Of a DNA stretch of 64,000 nucleotides, positions 41,423-51,068 are shown piece by piece. The stretch comes from an uncultured Oscillospiraceae bacterium (GTDB lineage: Bacteria; Bacillota; Clostridia; Oscillospirales; Oscillospiraceae): assembly GCA_947626265.1 (NCBI GenBank), contig CANQRM010000005.1:46628-110627 (forward strand), in the 5' to 3' direction. The translations under genes and the position numbers were made by a program. Within the stretch, counting starts at the first letter, position 1. Each line of letters opens with the position of its first letter. Below the pieces are notes generated by a model that saw only the letters and a program-made list of their open reading frames with translations, did not search any database and was not told the DNA's origin.

Positions 41423-41498
41423 TGGTGGACGATACAGGACTTGAACCTGTGACCTCCCGCACGTCAAGCGGATGCGCTACCAGCTGCGCCAATCGTCC
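41423..41498 (-). tRNA. tRNA-Val (anticodon GAC)
   Basis: Folded by hand. Acceptor GGACGAT/ATCGTCC, D-arm GCGC-AGCTGGTA-GCGC, anticodon arm TCCGC-TTGACGT-GCGGG (GAC at 34-36), T-arm ACAGG-TTCAAGT-CCTGT, discriminator A, encoded CCA. 76 nt. Confidence 0.9.
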
Positions 41499-41597
41499 GT
41501 TTCAGCGTTGCTTATTCTATCGCACATTCCCCGCCTTGTCAAGGACAAATTCAAAAAGCCTGCGCCGCTGAGGGCGCAGGCTTTTGCTTCTTTTATA

Positions 41598-42260
41598 TCA
41601 GCCTGTGACGTGAACAGAGACCGTGCCGGTGCCCTGGGGATCGTCGCTGACCTTCACGGTGATGGTCGCGTCGCCGGGGCCTACGATCTTGATATGGCCC
41701 TCGGCGCCGCTGCCCTCTACGGTAGCGACCTCCTCGTTGTCGCTGGTCCACTCAGGCGTGCACATGACGTCCTGGGGATACCAGGAGACGGTGAAGTTAT
41801 AATCCGCGTCGCCCACATGGGCCCAGAAGGTATCGCCGTTATACTCATGGCCTCTCTGATACTGCTCGCCGCTGATGGACACCTGCGTGATCTGCCGGGC
41901 AGGCGTGGGGGACGGGGACGGCGTGGCCGTGGGAGGCGGCACGGGCGTGGTCTGGCTCTCGGCCTCCAGCTGGGTCTGGATCTGCTCGGCCTCCTTCACG
42001 TCCCGGCCCACATTGGCGGACACGATGACGATGGTGAGTATGATCACCGCCAGCAGCAGCACCGCGCCGATGATCATCTGCATATTGACCGCCTCCACCG
42101 CGCTCCTAGCGGCGGGCGTGCCGGGCACGGCGCTGTCCGTCTCCGGCACAGCGGTACGCACCGTCTTTGTCTTTTTGGTGCCGCAGTAGGGGCAGCGGCT
42201 GCGGAACGAAGGATACTGCCGATGACAGCGCCGGCAGGTCGTATTGGGTACGATATTCAT
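41598..42260 (-). CDS. Zinc-ribbon membrane protein with extracellular Ig-like (Big_2-type) domain
   Basis: N-terminal CRRCHRQYPSFRSRCPYCG zinc ribbon, TM IIGAVLLLAVIILTIVIV, Pro/Thr linker, and a C-terminal beta-rich domain (ATVEGSGAEGHIKIVGPGDATITVKV). Confidence 0.7.
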   Translation of the reverse strand: MNIVPNTTCRRCHRQYPSFRSRCPYCGTKKTKTVRTAVPETDSAVPGTPAARSAVEAVNMQMIIGAVLLLAVIILTIVIVSANVGRDVKEAEQIQTQLEAESQTTPVPPPTATPSPSPTPARQITQVSISGEQYQRGHEYNGDTFWAHVGDADYNFTVSWYPQDVMCTPEWTSDNEEVATVEGSGAEGHIKIVGPGDATITVKVSDDPQGTGTVSVHVTG

Positions 42261-42365
42261 TCGATCACACCTTTCTGTAACGCAATTATAACAAAAGTTA
42301 CAGAAAGATACAACCCCTTTTTGCCCTGAATATAAAGTTTTTTAAAAATTTTTTCTACATTTTCT

Positions 42366-43718
42366 TCAAACTGTCAGCGTCCCGGCCTCATCCTCCAGGA
42401 GGATGAGTATCTTTTCCTGCCGGCCGGTCTGGGCGTTCACGTACATGAGGTACCTGTCCCCCTCCTCCGTCTGGCAGAGGAATTCGTGGCAGTATTTCTC
42501 CCGGCCGCCCTCGGTGGGGATGATGGCCATGGCGTGCTCCTGCACGGAAAGCTGCTGGGAGAGGCCGCTTTGGGCAGCCTCGGCGGACACGGCCGCCTCC
42601 GGGATGGTCCTGGCGGTATGGGCGGTGATATACCCCTTGGCGTCATAGCTCATGAGCGTGCCCGTGTCCAGGGCCACCGCGACTTTGATAAGGTCGGGAT
42701 AGCAGCGCACGCCGTTTTCCGCGTGCTCAAAGTTCACCACGAGCACCCCGTCGGAGAGCTCATGGTAGCTCCGCTCCATGTTTTTGAGCCCCCAGCCGGA
42801 CACCATGTCCTCCGCGATGGAAAGGCCCTGGTCCACGGTATACACCGCCTCGCCCACATCCCGCTGGCCGATGACGGACCATATCTCCCCGCCCTGCTTC
42901 GTCACATAGACGGTATAGTCCGTGCCGGCGGCAAAGCCCGCGCTTATCCAGCAGGGCACGTCGCCTCCGCACTCCCCGGCAGAGCGCAGGGCCGAGGCGG
43001 ACACGTCCAGGAACTTGGCCGCCTTTTTCAGGGCCTCCTCCTCGTCTATCTCCTCCCGGCCCTCTAAAAACAGGGCCTCCCGGCTGGCCATAGTCTCGGA
43101 GAAGGGGCCGTCATAGATGAGGGTGGGTATCTCCGGGAACTCCTGCTCGATGGTCTGGAATGTCTCCCCCGCCAGGGGCGGCTGGTCCTCTCCCCCCTCG
43201 GCGGCGGTGGTCTCGGCGTACACCTGGTCCAAGTCCATCTGGCCCTGGGCCACCCGGGCCTGCATGTCCTGCAGGTTCAGCTTCATGACAGAGGCCGCCT
43301 CCGCCAGGCTGTGGAGATTCTCCAGTTCCTCTTCCGAGTAGCCGCCGTTGGTCCCCACCGTCCGGGCCAGGGCGTTGGCGTAGTCCCCCGCCTTGGCCAC
43401 GAAGCTGGCGGTCTGCTCCAGCTCCCGGGAGGCATAGGGCAGCGCCTCCATGGCCGCCTGGGCGGTCATGGCCCGGCCGAATATCTGGGTGCAGAGAGCC
43501 CCCTCCAGCGCCGGGTCGGACAGGTACTGGCTCTTTTCCAGGGCGTTGGAAAGCTCGCTCACGCTGGTGACCAGCTCGTCGAAGGCCCGCTCGGTGGTGG
43601 CCCGGGCGTACAGGTCCAGGGCGTTGGCCTTGCGGGTGCTGCGTATGGCGAATATCCCCGCCACCACCAGGGCGGCGGATAAAAACGTAACAACGCGTAT
43701 AACGGGTCGTTTCTTCAT
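42366..43718 (-). CDS. ypeB: Germination protein YpeB-like (PepSY domains)
   Basis: 450 aa with an N-terminal TM. ERAFDELVTSVSELSNALEKSQY, TLIYDGPFSE and C-terminal PepSY-like repeats fit the YpeB layout. Confidence 0.8.
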   Translation of the reverse strand: MKKRPVIRVVTFLSAALVVAGIFAIRSTRKANALDLYARATTERAFDELVTSVSELSNALEKSQYLSDPALEGALCTQIFGRAMTAQAAMEALPYASRELEQTASFVAKAGDYANALARTVGTNGGYSEEELENLHSLAEAASVMKLNLQDMQARVAQGQMDLDQVYAETTAAEGGEDQPPLAGETFQTIEQEFPEIPTLIYDGPFSETMASREALFLEGREEIDEEEALKKAAKFLDVSASALRSAGECGGDVPCWISAGFAAGTDYTVYVTKQGGEIWSVIGQRDVGEAVYTVDQGLSIAEDMVSGWGLKNMERSYHELSDGVLVVNFEHAENGVRCYPDLIKVAVALDTGTLMSYDAKGYITAHTARTIPEAAVSAEAAQSGLSQQLSVQEHAMAIIPTEGGREKYCHEFLCQTEEGDRYLMYVNAQTGRQEKILILLEDEAGTLTV

Positions 43719-43758
43719 AAAAATACACCTCTTGCGGTAGTTTCCCCGGCAAGAGGTG
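43719..43758 (-). terminator. Terminator of gltX
   Basis: On the minus strand: CACCTCTTGC-cggggaaactacc-GCAAGAGGTG followed by TATTTTT, located between the gltX stop and the ypeB start. Confidence 0.6.
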
Positions 43759-43774
43759 CATTTTTGATATCAAT

Positions 43775-45253
43775 TTATGCCAGCGCGGAGAGTTTTTCCA
43801 TGCCGTCTTTCATACGCCGCAGGGTCTCGTCCTTGCCCAGGATGCGGCAAATCTCCACCGCGCCGCCCGGCGTCACGGCGGTGCCGGTGACGGCGATGCG
43901 AACGGGCCACATGAGCTTGGCGTTCTTGACCTCCAGCTTTTCGGCGAGAGCGATCATGGCGTCATGGATGTGCTCATCGTCCCACACGTCCACCGCCTCC
44001 AGCACCGGCAGGGCGGCTTTCAGCATCTCCAAAGCGCTCTGCTCGTCGCTCTTGGACTTTTTGTGGACGTAGAGCTCGGTGCTATATTCCGGAAGGGCGT
44101 CGAAAAAGCCCAGCTTCCCGGGGATATCCGTCAGCACCTCGGTGCGCTGCTGCAGGAGCGCCGCGATGGCCGCCGGGTCGATGGCGGGATTTTTCACGGC
44201 CTCGCGGATATAGGGCTCCGCCACGTTGGCAAACTCCTCCGGAGTCATGGCCCGGATGTACTCGGCGTTGAAGTAGGTGAGCTTTTCGATATCGAAGATG
44301 GCCTGGCTCTTGGATATGCCGGAAAGGTCAAAGGCCTCCGCCAGCTCCCGGATGGAGTATATCTCCCGCTTCCCGCCGGGGGCCCAGCCCAGCAGCGCCA
44401 CATAGTTCACGATGGCGGCCCGGAGATAGCCCTTCTCCACCAGGTCCTCATAGGAGGGGTCCCCGTGGCGCTTCGACATCTTATTGTGAGCGTCCCGCAT
44501 CACCGGGGAGCAGTGGACATACTTGGGCACATCCCAGCCGAAGCCCTCGTAGAGCAGGTTATACTTGGGCGCGCTGGCCAGATACTCCGAGCCCCGGACC
44601 ACGTGGGTGATGCCCATCAGGTGGTCGTCGATGACGTTGGCGAAGTTATAGGTGGGAAGGCCGTCCCGCTTGATGAGCACCTGGTCGTCCAAGTCCTTAT
44701 TGGGGGCAGTCACGTCGCCGAATATCTCGTCGTGGAAGGTGGTGGAGCCCTCCTGGGGTATCTTCTGGCGTATCACGTAGGGCATCCCCGCGTCCAGGCG
44801 GCGCTTTACCTCTTCTTCAGGCAGGTCCCGGCAGGGGTCGGCGGCCTTGGAAAAGACGCCTTCCTCCTCGCTCTCCGCCTTGTCGCAGAAGCAGTAATAG
44901 GCGTGGCCCCGCTGCACCAGCCGCTGGGCGAAGGGCAGGTAGAGCCCCCGCCGCTCGGTCTGCACATAGGGGCCCACGGGACCGCCCTTGTCCGGGCCCT
45001 CGTCCCAGTCCAGACCGCAGTCCAGGAGCGTGCGGTAGATCACGTCCACCGCCCCCTCCACCAGCCGGTTCTGGTCGGTGTCCTCGATGCGCAGGAGGAA
45101 CTTGCCCCCGTTGTGGCGGGCGATGCACCATGTGTAGAGCGCTGTTCTCAGGTTGCCCACGTGCATGTATCCCGTGGGGCTGGGGGCGAAGCGGGTGCGG
45201 ACCTCTCCCTTGGGGATGCGGCTTTCAAGCTCGTCGAAAAACTTCTCGTCCAT
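43775..45253 (-). CDS. gltX: Glutamate--tRNA ligase
   Basis: RTRFAPSPTGYMHVGNLRTALY (HIGH region) and KMSKRHG (KMSKS). 492 aa. Confidence 0.95.
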   Translation of the reverse strand: MDEKFFDELESRIPKGEVRTRFAPSPTGYMHVGNLRTALYTWCIARHNGGKFLLRIEDTDQNRLVEGAVDVIYRTLLDCGLDWDEGPDKGGPVGPYVQTERRGLYLPFAQRLVQRGHAYYCFCDKAESEEEGVFSKAADPCRDLPEEEVKRRLDAGMPYVIRQKIPQEGSTTFHDEIFGDVTAPNKDLDDQVLIKRDGLPTYNFANVIDDHLMGITHVVRGSEYLASAPKYNLLYEGFGWDVPKYVHCSPVMRDAHNKMSKRHGDPSYEDLVEKGYLRAAIVNYVALLGWAPGGKREIYSIRELAEAFDLSGISKSQAIFDIEKLTYFNAEYIRAMTPEEFANVAEPYIREAVKNPAIDPAAIAALLQQRTEVLTDIPGKLGFFDALPEYSTELYVHKKSKSDEQSALEMLKAALPVLEAVDVWDDEHIHDAMIALAEKLEVKNAKLMWPVRIAVTGTAVTPGGAVEICRILGKDETLRRMKDGMEKLSALA

Positions 45254-45394
45254 AGTATTTCCCTCGTTTTCTCAAACTCCCATCAGCATATTTTATTCTT
45301 CCCGGCTTGTCAAGAGGTGACCGCGTATGTTATTATATTTAATTGTAGAAACCATCAAATAGCGGCGCATCTGCGCCGTAGAAAGCGTGGATAT

Positions 45395-46408
45395 ATGGAA
45401 GAGAAGAAAAAAGTGATGCTCTCGGGCATCAAACCCTCCGGCGACCTGACCCTGGGCTCCTATCTGGGGGCCATCAAGAACTGGGCCGAGCGGGCGGAGA
45501 CCTTTGACTGCTACTACTTCATGGCGGACCTGCACGCCCTGACCACCCGTCAGAACCCGGCGGACCTGCGCCGGCGCACATTGGAGCAGCTGGCCCAGTA
45601 TGTGGCCTGCGGCCTGGACCCGGAGAGGAACACCCTCTTCATCCAGTCCCATGTGCCCGAGCACGCCCAGCTGGGCTGGGTGCTGCAGTGCTACACCATG
45701 TTCGGGGAGCTGAGCCGCATGACCCAGTTCAAGGATAAGTCCGCCAAGAACGCCGACAACATCAACGGCGGCCTCTTCGCCTATCCCTCCCTCATGGCGG
45801 CGGACATCCTCCTCTACCAGCCGGACTACGTGCCCGTGGGCGACGACCAGAAGCAGCACGTGGAGCTCACAAGGGACATCGCTCACCGCTTCAACGGCGT
45901 GTACGGCGACGTATTCAAAATACCCGAGCCCTATATCCCCAAGGTGGGCGCCCGGGTCATGGACCTTCTGGACCCCTCCAGCAAGATGTCCAAATCCGAC
46001 GACATCGGCACCGGCCGCGTCTGCCTCATGGACCAGCCCCAGGACATCGCCCGGAAGTTCAAGCGGGCCGTCACCGACTCCGATACCGACGAGCACTGCG
46101 TCCATTATGACCGGGAGAACAAGCCCGGCGTGGCGAACCTCATGCAGATCTACGCCAGCTGCACCGGCAAGACCTTCGACGCCATTGAGGCGGAGTTCAC
46201 CGGCCACGGCTACGGCGATTTCAAGTCCGCCGTGGGCGAGGCGGTCATCGAGACCCTCCGGCCCATCCGGGAGGAGGCCAGCCGCCTCATGAAGGACAAG
46301 GGGTACCTGGAAAACCTCTGCCGCACCGGCGCGGAAAAGGCCTCCTACATCGCCATGAAGACCCTGCGGAAGGTGTACAAGAAGGTCGGATTGGTACCCA
46401 GGGCATAA
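45395..46408 (+). CDS. trpS: Tryptophan--tRNA ligase
   Basis: Long ORF 43964-46408 trimmed to ATG 45395. MEEKKKVMLSGIKPSGDLTLGSYLGAIKNW, GDDQKQH and KMSKS motifs. 337 aa. Confidence 0.95.
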   Translation: MEEKKKVMLSGIKPSGDLTLGSYLGAIKNWAERAETFDCYYFMADLHALTTRQNPADLRRRTLEQLAQYVACGLDPERNTLFIQSHVPEHAQLGWVLQCYTMFGELSRMTQFKDKSAKNADNINGGLFAYPSLMAADILLYQPDYVPVGDDQKQHVELTRDIAHRFNGVYGDVFKIPEPYIPKVGARVMDLLDPSSKMSKSDDIGTGRVCLMDQPQDIARKFKRAVTDSDTDEHCVHYDRENKPGVANLMQIYASCTGKTFDAIEAEFTGHGYGDFKSAVGEAVIETLRPIREEASRLMKDKGYLENLCRTGAEKASYIAMKTLRKVYKKVGLVPRA

Positions 46409-46430
46409 GCCAAGAGCAAATAATGAAAAG

Positions 46431-46537
46431 CCTCCCCTGTGTAAGGGGAGGTGCCGAGCGAAGCGAGGCGGAGGGGTTGTCAGACAATCCCCCAGTCAGC
46501 TTCGCTGACAGCCCCCTTTGCACAAGGGGGCCTTTTT
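46431..46537. repeat. Structured multi-hairpin intergenic element ending in the trpS terminator
   Basis: Three hairpins: CCTCCCCT-gtgta-AGGGGAGG (46431-46451), GTCAGC-ttc-GCTGAC (46495-46509) and GCCCCCTT-tgcac-AAGGGGGC (46511-46531) followed by CTTTTTAT. Confidence 0.5.
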
Positions 46538-46547
46538 ATGCCCTCAT

Positions 46548-46805
46548 TCATGTCAAAAGCATGGCGCCCAGCATTATCAATAGGTCTTTATCCCCGCTCT
46601 CACGGTACATGAGATAGAGTATCAGCGCCAGGATGAGGTCATCTGTCTCCATGCTCATACCGTTCAGCTTCTTCATCAGGCCCCCCAGGGCCTTATCCAG
46701 CCCCTCGGGACGGCCGCCCTGCCGGGGGCGCGGCACCTGGGCCGGTCTCTCCTCCCTGGGGTCCTCCCGCATGTGAAACGCGCCGCTATAGGCCATGGCC
46801 GTCAC
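46548..46805 (-). CDS. Small hypothetical protein with hydrophobic C-terminus
   Basis: 85-aa ORF. The C-terminus is DDLILALILYLMYRESGDKDLLIMLGAMLLT. Last of three overlapping small minus-strand genes. Confidence 0.5.
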   Translation of the reverse strand: MTAMAYSGAFHMREDPREERPAQVPRPRQGGRPEGLDKALGGLMKKLNGMSMETDDLILALILYLMYRESGDKDLLIMLGAMLLT

Positions 46806-47139
46806 CGTATTCCTTTACCACCGCCCCGGCGATGTGCACCATCCGAGCGATCTGCATGGCCTTATCCAGCTTTTCCTGCTTCTCCGGCTTCATGTAAGGG
46901 CGCATGGCCGCCAAAAGCGCCGTGGACCGGCCCCTGTCCCCGCCGCCGGAGAAGGCCTTTCCAAGGGCCGCGAGAAGCCTTGCGTCCGGCTCAGGACAGT
47001 TCCCAGCCGCGGGCGCGGCCTGTGCCTCCGGGGCAGTCCCTGTCCTGCCGAACATCTCCTGGGCCATTTTGGACAGCTTCTCCATCTGGCCGGGATCGGA
47101 CAGGATCTGCTGGAGCTTATCACCCAGCTCACCGTCCAT
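46786..47139 (-). CDS. Hypothetical protein
   Basis: ORF 46786-47358 trimmed to MDGELGDKLQQILSDPGQMEKLSKMAQEMFG... The upstream part of the ORF is Arg/Trp-rich GC-frame noise. Confidence 0.5.
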   Translation of the reverse strand: MDGELGDKLQQILSDPGQMEKLSKMAQEMFGRTGTAPEAQAAPAAGNCPEPDARLLAALGKAFSGGGDRGRSTALLAAMRPYMKPEKQEKLDKAMQIARMVHIAGAVVKEYGDGHGL

Positions 47140-47374
47140 CGCCCTGCACCGCCTTCTGCACCTTTTGGGCCAGCTCTTTGCCTTCCGGCGTAGCCAGGAT
47201 GCCCTGGAGCATCCGGCCCAGGGTCTGCATATCCCCCGCCTTGGCCGCGGCGGCCAGCTTCTCCCCGTCCACGTGGCGGAGGACCTTCTCCCCCTGGCCG
47301 GACCGGGCCAGCTCCTCCAGCGCCCCGGCATTCTCCCCCCGGCGCACCTGGCGGGCAAATTCCTGCAAATCCAT
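47129..47374 (-). CDS. Hypothetical protein
   Basis: ORF 47129-47401. Likely start is MDLQEFARQVRRGENAGALEELARSGQGEKVL... Overlaps the next gene by 11 nt. Confidence 0.5.
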   Translation of the reverse strand: MDLQEFARQVRRGENAGALEELARSGQGEKVLRHVDGEKLAAAAKAGDMQTLGRMLQGILATPEGKELAQKVQKAVQGDGR

Positions 47375-47442
47375 AAAAATACCCCCTCTGCTCTGGCCCA
47401 TTCTATGCCGGGCCCGCAGAGGGGGTCACTTATTTTGCTTTC

Positions 47443-50400
47443 TTACCCGTTCAGGTACTTGTCCAGGTTCATGAAGATGGACGCGACCTCGGCCCGGGTG
47501 GCGCTGTTGGTGGGGTTGAAGTTGCCGTTGGTATCGCCCTTGACCACGCCTATGTTGGCCATGGCGGCCACGGCGGTGCGGGCGTAGCTGGAGACCTTGG
47601 AGCTGTCCTTGAAGTTCAGGTTCCCGGCGGAGAGGCTCTTGCCCCGGTACTTGGTGAGGTAGTTATAGATCATTACGCAGATGTCCTGCCGGCTCACGGC
47701 GCTGGCGGCGCCGAACTGGGTACTGGAGACGCCGTTCACGATGCCGTTCAAATACGCCCACTGGGCATAGCCGTTGCAGTAGCTGACGCCGGAACCGCCC
47801 AGATCGCCAAAGTTGCACACGTACATCAGCGTCTTGCCGTTGGAGGGCATGGTGCTGCGCACATAGCCGTTGTAGCCGTTATACTGTATCTGGTACCACA
47901 CGCCCTTGTCCTTGCTGTTGGCGGAGGACACGGTGCCCGTGACCTTGATGTACTGGCCGGAGGCCACCAGCATGGTCACCTGCCGGGAGCTGGTGGTGGT
48001 GTCGGAGCGGACGATGATGTCCGACCCGTTCGTCAGGCCCATCTTCCCCTGCCAGTTCTTGATGGTGTCGCCGGTGTTGGCGAACCGGCCCAGGACCGTG
48101 ATGAACATGGCCCGGTTCATGGCCTGGTTGGGGGCGAAGCTGGAGGAGGACACGCCGTTGAAAAGGCCCTTGTTGTTCACATAGGCCACCGCATCCACGT
48201 ACCAGCTGGAGGCGGACACGTCGTTGAAGGGCAGCTTTACCTCCGCCTTGATGGTGTGATTGCCGCTGACGTTCTCAAAGGTCCAGGACTTGATGTTGCC
48301 CTTGCTGGCGCCGTCGATCTTGATGTTGCCCAGGGTGTAGCCGCTGGTGTTGCCGAAGTTGAAGGTGACGGTGCTGCCCTGCAGTATGCTGGCGTTGCCC
48401 TGGGGCGAGACGAAGCCATAGGGGTCGTCCACGGTGATGGTGTAGAGCTTGCCCTCCTTGACGGTAAAGCTGGCCACGTTGCTGGGCACGCCGCCGCTGG
48501 CCGCGGCGAAGGCCTTGATCACCATGCCGTCCTTCACGGCGATGGACGTGGAGGAACTCACCCTGGAGCTGCTCATGGTGGGCGTGCTGCCGTCGGTGGT
48601 GTAGTAGACGGTGGCGCCGTCGGTATTGGTCAGGGTCAGCTTGCTGGCCGGGTCGGCGTAATAGAAGCCGTTGGAGAGGAACACGCCGCTGCCGTCCTTG
48701 GCGCCCACGACCTTCAGCTGGGGCATGACCGCCATGGTCAAAGTCTCGTTCAGGGGGAAGCTGTTATCGTACCCCGGCACCTGTGCCATGGCCCGGATGT
48801 TCGCCGTGTTGGACACGGTGAAGGGGCCGGTGTACTTGGTGCTGGAAGTGGAAGGCGCGCTGCCGTTGGTGGTGTAGTAGATGACTGCGTTGGAGCTGGA
48901 GTGCTTCAGCGTCACCGTGGCCTTGGCAGGACCGTTGGCGGCCACCGTCATGGTGGGCGCGGGGGCCCAGCCCAGACCCGCGTCATCGTTGGGCTTTCTC
49001 ACCGCGGACAGGCCCTTGTCGTTCCGGCGGTAGATCTTATAGCCGTGCTGCAGGTAGTAGCTGGTGATGTAGGACAGCTGCCCCTTGAAGTCGTAGGTCT
49101 TGCCGGAGATGGTGTCGCCATAGCAGGTGACCCGCATCTTCGCGGGGGTCTGCTCGGTGATCTCCACGGCGGTGACCTGGCCGGAACTGTTGTAGCCGAT
49201 ATCGGTCACCAGCACCACGTGCTCCGCCGTGTAGTTCAGGCAGTCGCCCACCTGTAGCTTATTGAGCTCGCTGCTGGAGGGGGTGCCTATGTAGGTGGAG
49301 AAGTTCAGAAGGCCGCCGGTGACGCACCGGTAGGGCAGGTCCCAGGCGTAGGACACGAAGCCGGAGCAGTCGCTGCCGTAGTAGGGGGCCGTGCGGCTGT
49401 ATGTAGAGTAGGACTTATAGAAATTGCTGTTTGCGTTGTTCACCGCGTCCAGGAAGCCCTTCACGGATATCTCAAAGCCCACATAGCCTGTGGACACCGC
49501 CTGGGAATAGGGGATGCCCTTGTAGGTCTTGCCGGCCTTGAACACGCCGCCGTCCTGGGAATACACCGGCTCATAGGAGCCCTTGCTGGTGACGTAGGAG
49601 CTGTCGTTGCCGCCCCAGGCGTAACGGTCCGCCTTGGGGGTCCACTTCACCTCGGAGTGCTGCTGGGCCCGGAGGACGATGTTCTGCTGGTTGGCGGTGA
49701 GCTGCTTGGTGAACACGGTGGAGGTGCTGGCCGGCATCACGCCGTCTTCCACGGGGGTCAGGATGACCTGCTTGGCCAGGTATTCGTCGGACTCCAGGAA
49801 CGCCGCCTCGCTGGCCAGCATCTGCTCGTCGGTCATGGCGCTGGCCGCAGCCGCCTGTTCCTGATGGAGGCTGTAATCCTGCAGGCCGATGCTGCCCGCG
49901 AACAGGGCCGCCGTATCGGTCTGGTACGTGCCGCCGTTATATTCCACCACCAGCCAGGACCCGTCGGGATAGGCAAAGTCCACGCCGGACAGAAGCATGC
50001 TCTCCCCCGCCCACAGCGAATAGCTGAACAGCGGGCCGGTCAAAAACACGTTGCCCCAGGCCGTGGGGATGAGGAACATCACGTTGCCCGGGTCGGGCAC
50101 GTCCTCCAAAAGGCCGTCGGTCATATCGTAGGACCACACGCCGCCGTCTATGAGCATGCGCAGCTCCTGGCCCATCACATACATCTCGGTGATGCGCCCG
50201 GGGGCGGTGTAGACGGTCTCCGCCCCGCCGCCGCTGGGGCTCATGCGGTAGACAGTGTTATCAGTAGTGTAGTACAGCCACCCGCCGGCGAGGTTCATGT
50301 TCTCGGCATACACGTCGGCGAATTTGCTGCCGTTCAGCCACAGGCAGCCGTTTTCGGTGTAGTAATAATTACCGCCGTTGATGAGGTTGCGGCCGCCGTC

Positions 50401-50859
50401 CATGATGGCCGCCACGGTGTTGCCCGGCTCGGTCCATGCCCACTGCTTCAGCGCCGCGGCCTCCGGCTCGTCGGAGGGCTCAGGGCTGGCGCTGGGGTCG
50501 GGGGATACTTCCGGGGTCGTCTCCGGCTCTGGAGGCAGCGCAGGGTCGGGGGTGAATTCCGGCTCCACGGTCTCCGCAGGCTCGGGGGTGATCTCCGGCT
50601 CAGGGGTAGGCTCCGGCTCCGCCGTCACCTCGGGCGTGGGCTCGGGAGTGACCTCCGGTTCCGGCTCCGCGGGCGCTTCCGTCTCCTCCGGCGCGGGGGG
50701 CTCTTCAGACACAGGAGGTTCGGGGGAGACAGGCTCCTCCGCGACTGGCGGCGCCTCCTCCCCTACGGGGCCCTCGCTGGCAAATACCAGTCCTTCCCCG
50801 AGAGATAAAAATATCGTCAGGACGAGCAAAAACGCAAGCGTCCGTTTAAAAGCTGTCAT
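47443..50859 (-). CDS. Large S-layer-homology (SLH) anchored surface protein with beta-propeller-like, Cys-peptidase-like and chitobiase/FN3-like repeats
   Basis: 1138 aa. Signal peptide, PE-rich linker, NYYYTENG/WLYYTTDNTVYRM repeats (DUF5050-like), GSDCSGFVSYAWDL (NlpC/P60- or CHAP-like Cys), two (I/V)YYTT(N/D)GS.P segments, and three C-terminal SLH-like segments (FNDVSASSWYVDAVAYV..., ...FKDSSKVSSYARTAVAAMANIGVVKGD). Confidence 0.85.
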   Translation of the reverse strand: MTAFKRTLAFLLVLTIFLSLGEGLVFASEGPVGEEAPPVAEEPVSPEPPVSEEPPAPEETEAPAEPEPEVTPEPTPEVTAEPEPTPEPEITPEPAETVEPEFTPDPALPPEPETTPEVSPDPSASPEPSDEPEAAALKQWAWTEPGNTVAAIMDGGRNLINGGNYYYTENGCLWLNGSKFADVYAENMNLAGGWLYYTTDNTVYRMSPSGGGAETVYTAPGRITEMYVMGQELRMLIDGGVWSYDMTDGLLEDVPDPGNVMFLIPTAWGNVFLTGPLFSYSLWAGESMLLSGVDFAYPDGSWLVVEYNGGTYQTDTAALFAGSIGLQDYSLHQEQAAAASAMTDEQMLASEAAFLESDEYLAKQVILTPVEDGVMPASTSTVFTKQLTANQQNIVLRAQQHSEVKWTPKADRYAWGGNDSSYVTSKGSYEPVYSQDGGVFKAGKTYKGIPYSQAVSTGYVGFEISVKGFLDAVNNANSNFYKSYSTYSRTAPYYGSDCSGFVSYAWDLPYRCVTGGLLNFSTYIGTPSSSELNKLQVGDCLNYTAEHVVLVTDIGYNSSGQVTAVEITEQTPAKMRVTCYGDTISGKTYDFKGQLSYITSYYLQHGYKIYRRNDKGLSAVRKPNDDAGLGWAPAPTMTVAANGPAKATVTLKHSSSNAVIYYTTNGSAPSTSSTKYTGPFTVSNTANIRAMAQVPGYDNSFPLNETLTMAVMPQLKVVGAKDGSGVFLSNGFYYADPASKLTLTNTDGATVYYTTDGSTPTMSSSRVSSSTSIAVKDGMVIKAFAAASGGVPSNVASFTVKEGKLYTITVDDPYGFVSPQGNASILQGSTVTFNFGNTSGYTLGNIKIDGASKGNIKSWTFENVSGNHTIKAEVKLPFNDVSASSWYVDAVAYVNNKGLFNGVSSSSFAPNQAMNRAMFITVLGRFANTGDTIKNWQGKMGLTNGSDIIVRSDTTTSSRQVTMLVASGQYIKVTGTVSSANSKDKGVWYQIQYNGYNGYVRSTMPSNGKTLMYVCNFGDLGGSGVSYCNGYAQWAYLNGIVNGVSSTQFGAASAVSRQDICVMIYNYLTKYRGKSLSAGNLNFKDSSKVSSYARTAVAAMANIGVVKGDTNGNFNPTNSATRAEVASIFMNLDKYLNG

Positions 50860-51012
50860 CTCTTTCCTCCATGTAACGCGCGGGTGGGTATACGTTTCCT
50901 ACCATAGATAGCTAAACTATACCATGAAAACAGGCTATGCGCAAGTAATTTTTGAGATTTTTGTAGCTGAAATGTAAATTATAGCGTTTTTTCTGCAATT
51001 TTCTCTCATCCG

Positions 51013-51048
51013 GCCACAAAATAAGGGGACCGGATGGCTCCGGTCCCC
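51013..51048 (-). terminator. Terminator of serA
   Basis: On the minus strand: GGGGACCGG-agccat-CCGGTCCCC followed by TTATTTTGTGG, about 20 nt after the serA stop. Confidence 0.6.
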
Positions 51049-51068
51049 CAAAAAACAATTCTAATGTA

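Larger units (their letters stand above)
5112..41469. mobile_element. Integrated temperate siphovirus-like prophage (about 36.4 kb) in tRNA-Val
   Basis: Bounded by 22-bp direct repeats (5112-5133, 41448-41469) derived from tRNA-Val. Contains integrase, repressor/Cro switch, replication, packaging, head, tail, DGR and lysis modules, nearly all on the plus strand. Confidence 0.9.

Noticed and set aside
45254-45394. T-box riboswitch or leader upstream of trpS or gltX.
   Set aside because: The shared divergent intergenic region is only 141 nt. It contains promoter-like elements (TTGTCA...TATTAT) and a short hairpin. There is no specifier or antiterminator architecture of T-box length.
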